From Microbotryum violaceum (taxonomy: Eukaryota), in contig CDLV01000006.1 of the NCBI GenBank assembly GCA_001244265.2, positions 868,001 to 932,000 of the forward strand: a DNA stretch of 64,000 bases, written 5' to 3'. This document shows, in pieces, positions 60,797 to 64,000 of this stretch. The position numbers were made by a program, and so were the translations under genes. Every line of letters begins with the position of its first letter. The stretch's first letter is position 1. The notes below the pieces were generated by a model. That model searched no databases and was not told the DNA's origin. It was given only the letters and a program-made list of their open reading frames with translations.

Positions 60797-60827
60797 TGCG
60801 CAAATATTGGAACTGCGCAAATATTGG
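60797..60827. repeat. 14-bp direct repeat TGCGCAAATATTGG x2 with 3-nt spacer
   Basis: Read directly from the sequence. Confidence 0.85.
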
Positions 60828-62122
60828 CTCGACAGCTTCGGAACGATTCACCCCCATTTTCACTCACCTGCCAGCGCTTGCACGATCACGTTATCGTAAC
60901 TAGCCAACTTTGCTTGCGCAGTAGCAAGATCATTTGGTGTCTGTCTTTATTGTAAGCTTTCTGATGACGATTCCGCCGCAGATAGGCAGGCTGGGCAACT
61001 TACATTTTCTTAGCGGCTTCTAATTTTCCGAAGCGACGACGACGGCGGAGCATGAGGCCGGTCTAGCTACTTCTCACTTTGAACGCCACCATCCATGCCA
61101 TAGGTATGTAGATAGGTAGTACCAAATTCCAGCTATCATTTTCCTTTCTGCTCAGCTTCGGTAGACCGGCCCATTCGGGTCGTGCAGCCGACGCTGCACT
61201 CTGTAAGCTCGCTCCTCATCGGATTGTTTGACGTTATCTCCGACTCGGCTCCGCGTTCAAGCGAAGAACACAGCCTCCTACTTGGACGGGGGATCACAAA
61301 CCTCTTGAATCCCAGCGTAGAGACAGGAGTGTATGTTCACGAACGTGAGAGGCGCTCCTGAGGGGATCGACAGCAACGTCTGCATCAAGCGAGAGAAGCG
61401 CCGCTCGTGAACGAAGAGGGGCTCAGGCCAGTGATTGGCCGTGCTTCTGGCAACATCTGGGCAGCTGCGCGGGAGCAAGCAGATTTAAGGGACTAGCCCG
61501 GCGCCGGTTTGCGGCCGGGGGCGGCCCAGTGCCATGCGTCGAGCGTGGGGAAGACCGCAAGTCGACATTCCAGTACGCCCTCGGGTCTACCCGCGCGCCG
61601 CCGACAATTTCCTCTTCGTCTCCGACAGAAGGGCGTCTTTAAAATTCACCGCCTTGGGATTTTTCTTTCTCCAGGATACTTTTGTGTTCTACACCTTCAA
61701 TTCACGTCACACATCACCAAGAGTCCAAACGTCCACCTTCGTCCTCTTTTGTGCACGCCATTTTCGAGCCTTGACTCACGCTCATAATTGAATCCCGTCG
61801 ATCCGGCCCGATTGGCGCGTCACGTTCAAATCTCTCATCGGAACCGCAGGCGCCCTCAAGTCGCGACGCTTTCACGGCCTGTTTCTCTTTGCCGCAGCCC
61901 CCCCTCTTCGCCTCGATCTATCTACCCTACAAACCCCGGCCGCCCTCTCTTCAGCTTGACACCATCTGCTTGCGTGTTCTCACAGCTTCGACCAGACCTT
62001 TCATCAACGCCCGCATCAAACCGCCGCTCGTTTGCTGGGTGCTCGACTACCGCTGCCCACCGTTCGCTGTCCCAACCGGCCTCTGCCTGTCTCCCACTCC
62101 GCTTGTCAGCGTCGCCGTAATC

Positions 62123-63942
62123 ATGGTTTCCGACCGCTTCTTCGGCTTCCAAGGTTAGTGTACTCCATTTGTTGCATCCTGTAAGCTTCTGCGTGCTCAT
62201 ACCCCCGTCTTCCTTCCGCTGTAGACACCGCATTGTTATGCGATCATGTCATCTCGACCCTCTTTTCGGTCGGCTCATCCTTGGCCAACAACGCGCCGTC
62301 GGCCACGCCTGTCTCGGTCGTCGGCGGGCTCGAGACACCACCGACCTCACCTCCTCCTAGCCCTAAGGACCAACCGCCCATCTTGGGCGAGTTCGTTGTG
62401 AGTTTGCAACTCCTTTGTTTTGCATCGACCACGAAATTTTGGCTGCGGACCGGCAATTCATCGCGCCACCACCGGTCTGTTTTTCATCGTGTTGAAGCGC
62501 GGGGGGGAACCGGCGAGATGTCCGGGCAGGATGATCATCGTCACGCCGATCGCCCAGAGTGGTTGTGAATGAGCGTGCGCCGTGCTTCTCGCCCCGTTCA
62601 GGCGCAGGCGCGGGCGCGCTCAGGGCCGCCCGCCGCCAAGCCGCGCGACTCTTAAAGGCACTCGGCGCTGGGCCGCGTGGTGGCGTGCGACATGTGAGAC
62701 GGGGCAGGTTTCAGGGGTTGTTGGCCGGCCTCGCCCGTGTTCGGACGACCGCATCGCCGTGCCGCGCAGCCGGGCATGAGACGATCGCTTTCTGGAACCT
62801 TGTAAACTTTCGCATGCTGACCGAATCATTTGGAATAATTTATCACCGCAGGCATACGCATTGTACCGAACACGACTGCCCACCAACATCATCTACCAGG
62901 CCTTGTTGTTGCTCTCTCGTCTCAAGGCTCGCTATCCGTCGGCACGAGGGACCTCGACGTCCCCTCACCGACTATTTTTGTCGTCATTGATGCTCTCTTC
63001 GAAAATCTCGATGGATGACACCTACTCGTAAGTTGCATCCATTCTCCGTCAATCCATACCTACCTGCGCCAGTGGCTCCGGATACCGTAGCGTGACTTGG
63101 AGTGCACGGTCCCATGCTACTTTTTTCACGTGCTCCCCGCACCGCCCCTCGTTCCCCACCCGAACCTTCCCGAAGTCGGATGGCTGACCTCAAATCGTGC
63201 TCACTGTGTTTCTTGGGGACCACAGGAACAAGTCTTGGCAAGTTGTTGGTCAAGGACTATTTTCACTTCGTGAAGTGAACCAAATGGAGCGCGAGTTGTT
63301 TGCCTTCCTTGTAAGTACCGTGCAGGCGCGGAGCGAGATCGTGCGCCGATCGGAAGTTCAAATTCTAACTTGACATCTTTTGTTCGCCACTTGCAGGGCT
63401 GGAATGTCGTTGTTCGTGACGAGGAGCTCGCAGCTTGGGTTACCGAGGTCGTCGAGCCTTACAAGGTCGACCGAGACGCCGCCAGCTCCCCTGTCCTCCG
63501 CAAGACCATGGAGGAGCGCAAGCGACGACGCGACGAACCCGCATCGGCCCCCGCTCATTTGCCTACGCCATCGCCCTCCGTCTCCAGATCGCCTTCGCCA
63601 GATTTCCTTCGACACCGCAGGGCGTCCGACGCCGCCATCGCGATGCTTCATGGTGCCAACGCCGATGTTCCCTCTTCGTCGCAGCGCAGCACCCGGCAGT
63701 CGAGGCGTTCGCGTACCCGAACACCGAGCTATTGCTCCTCGCCGAGCTCTTCTCGTGGATCATCCGCTTATTCTTCTTCAACTTCATCGCCCGTCTCCGG
63801 AGCCACAACACCTGGGTCGCCTATCACCCCAGCCGGACCGCTGACGCCGAGTCACTGCGCCAAATCTTTCCCCGATCCTTCTGGCGAGACCAAGCACACC
63901 ACAACGTCGACCCCCGCCAGATGTGAAATCGCATCATGGTGA
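62123..63942 (+). CDS. Pho85-type cyclin (Pcl family), 5 exons
   Basis: Spliced MVSDRFFGFQDTALLCDHVISTLF...LGEFVAYALYRTRLP...ALLLLSRLKARYP...HRLFLSSLMLSSKISMDDTYSNKSW...EVNQMERELFAFLGWNV, followed by an S/P-rich tail. Confidence 0.9.
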
Positions 63943-64000
63943 TGCCTCTCCTGTGTTTCTCTTGTCCACTACATTTTATTTTGCATCCCTCGCATCCCTT

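Overview
Gene-dense, intron-rich, GC-rich (visual estimate) eukaryotic DNA from a basidiomycete fungus. Intron style and protein families suggest a yeast-like or pucciniomycete lineage; this is an inference only. I can reconstruct about 22 protein genes by hand-splicing: RER1, a small MPLKIP/TTDN1-like RGG protein, calpain PalB/Rim13, two tandem GH47 alpha-1,2-mannosidases, an HMG-box protein, an 896-aa tail-anchored orphan, a 1409-aa PPR protein, a Tim17-like membrane protein, an M19 dipeptidase, epsin, dihydroxyacetone kinase, an F-box protein, the PKA catalytic subunit, a coiled-coil protein, Sld3, a BBE-like FAD oxidoreductase, Air1/2, MLH3, ORM and a Pho85-type cyclin, plus the 5' end of a probable secreted protein. 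There is also an AKR7-type pseudogene. I saw no rRNA, tRNA, CRISPR array or intact transposon, and I cannot support a wholly new multi-gene system. The best oddities are gene-level. PalB has a 4-nt microexon, no clean in-frame AUG (possible CUG start) and a frame switch near a C6 run. PKA also switches frame at a C6 run. MLH3 has a GC-AG intron and a degenerate ATP lid. The FAD oxidoreductase has GGGF in place of GGGH and a ~330-aa insertion. The AKR pseudogene has an 8-bp duplication resembling a transposon footprint. A ~3.5-kb gene-free tract is enriched in TAGGTA.
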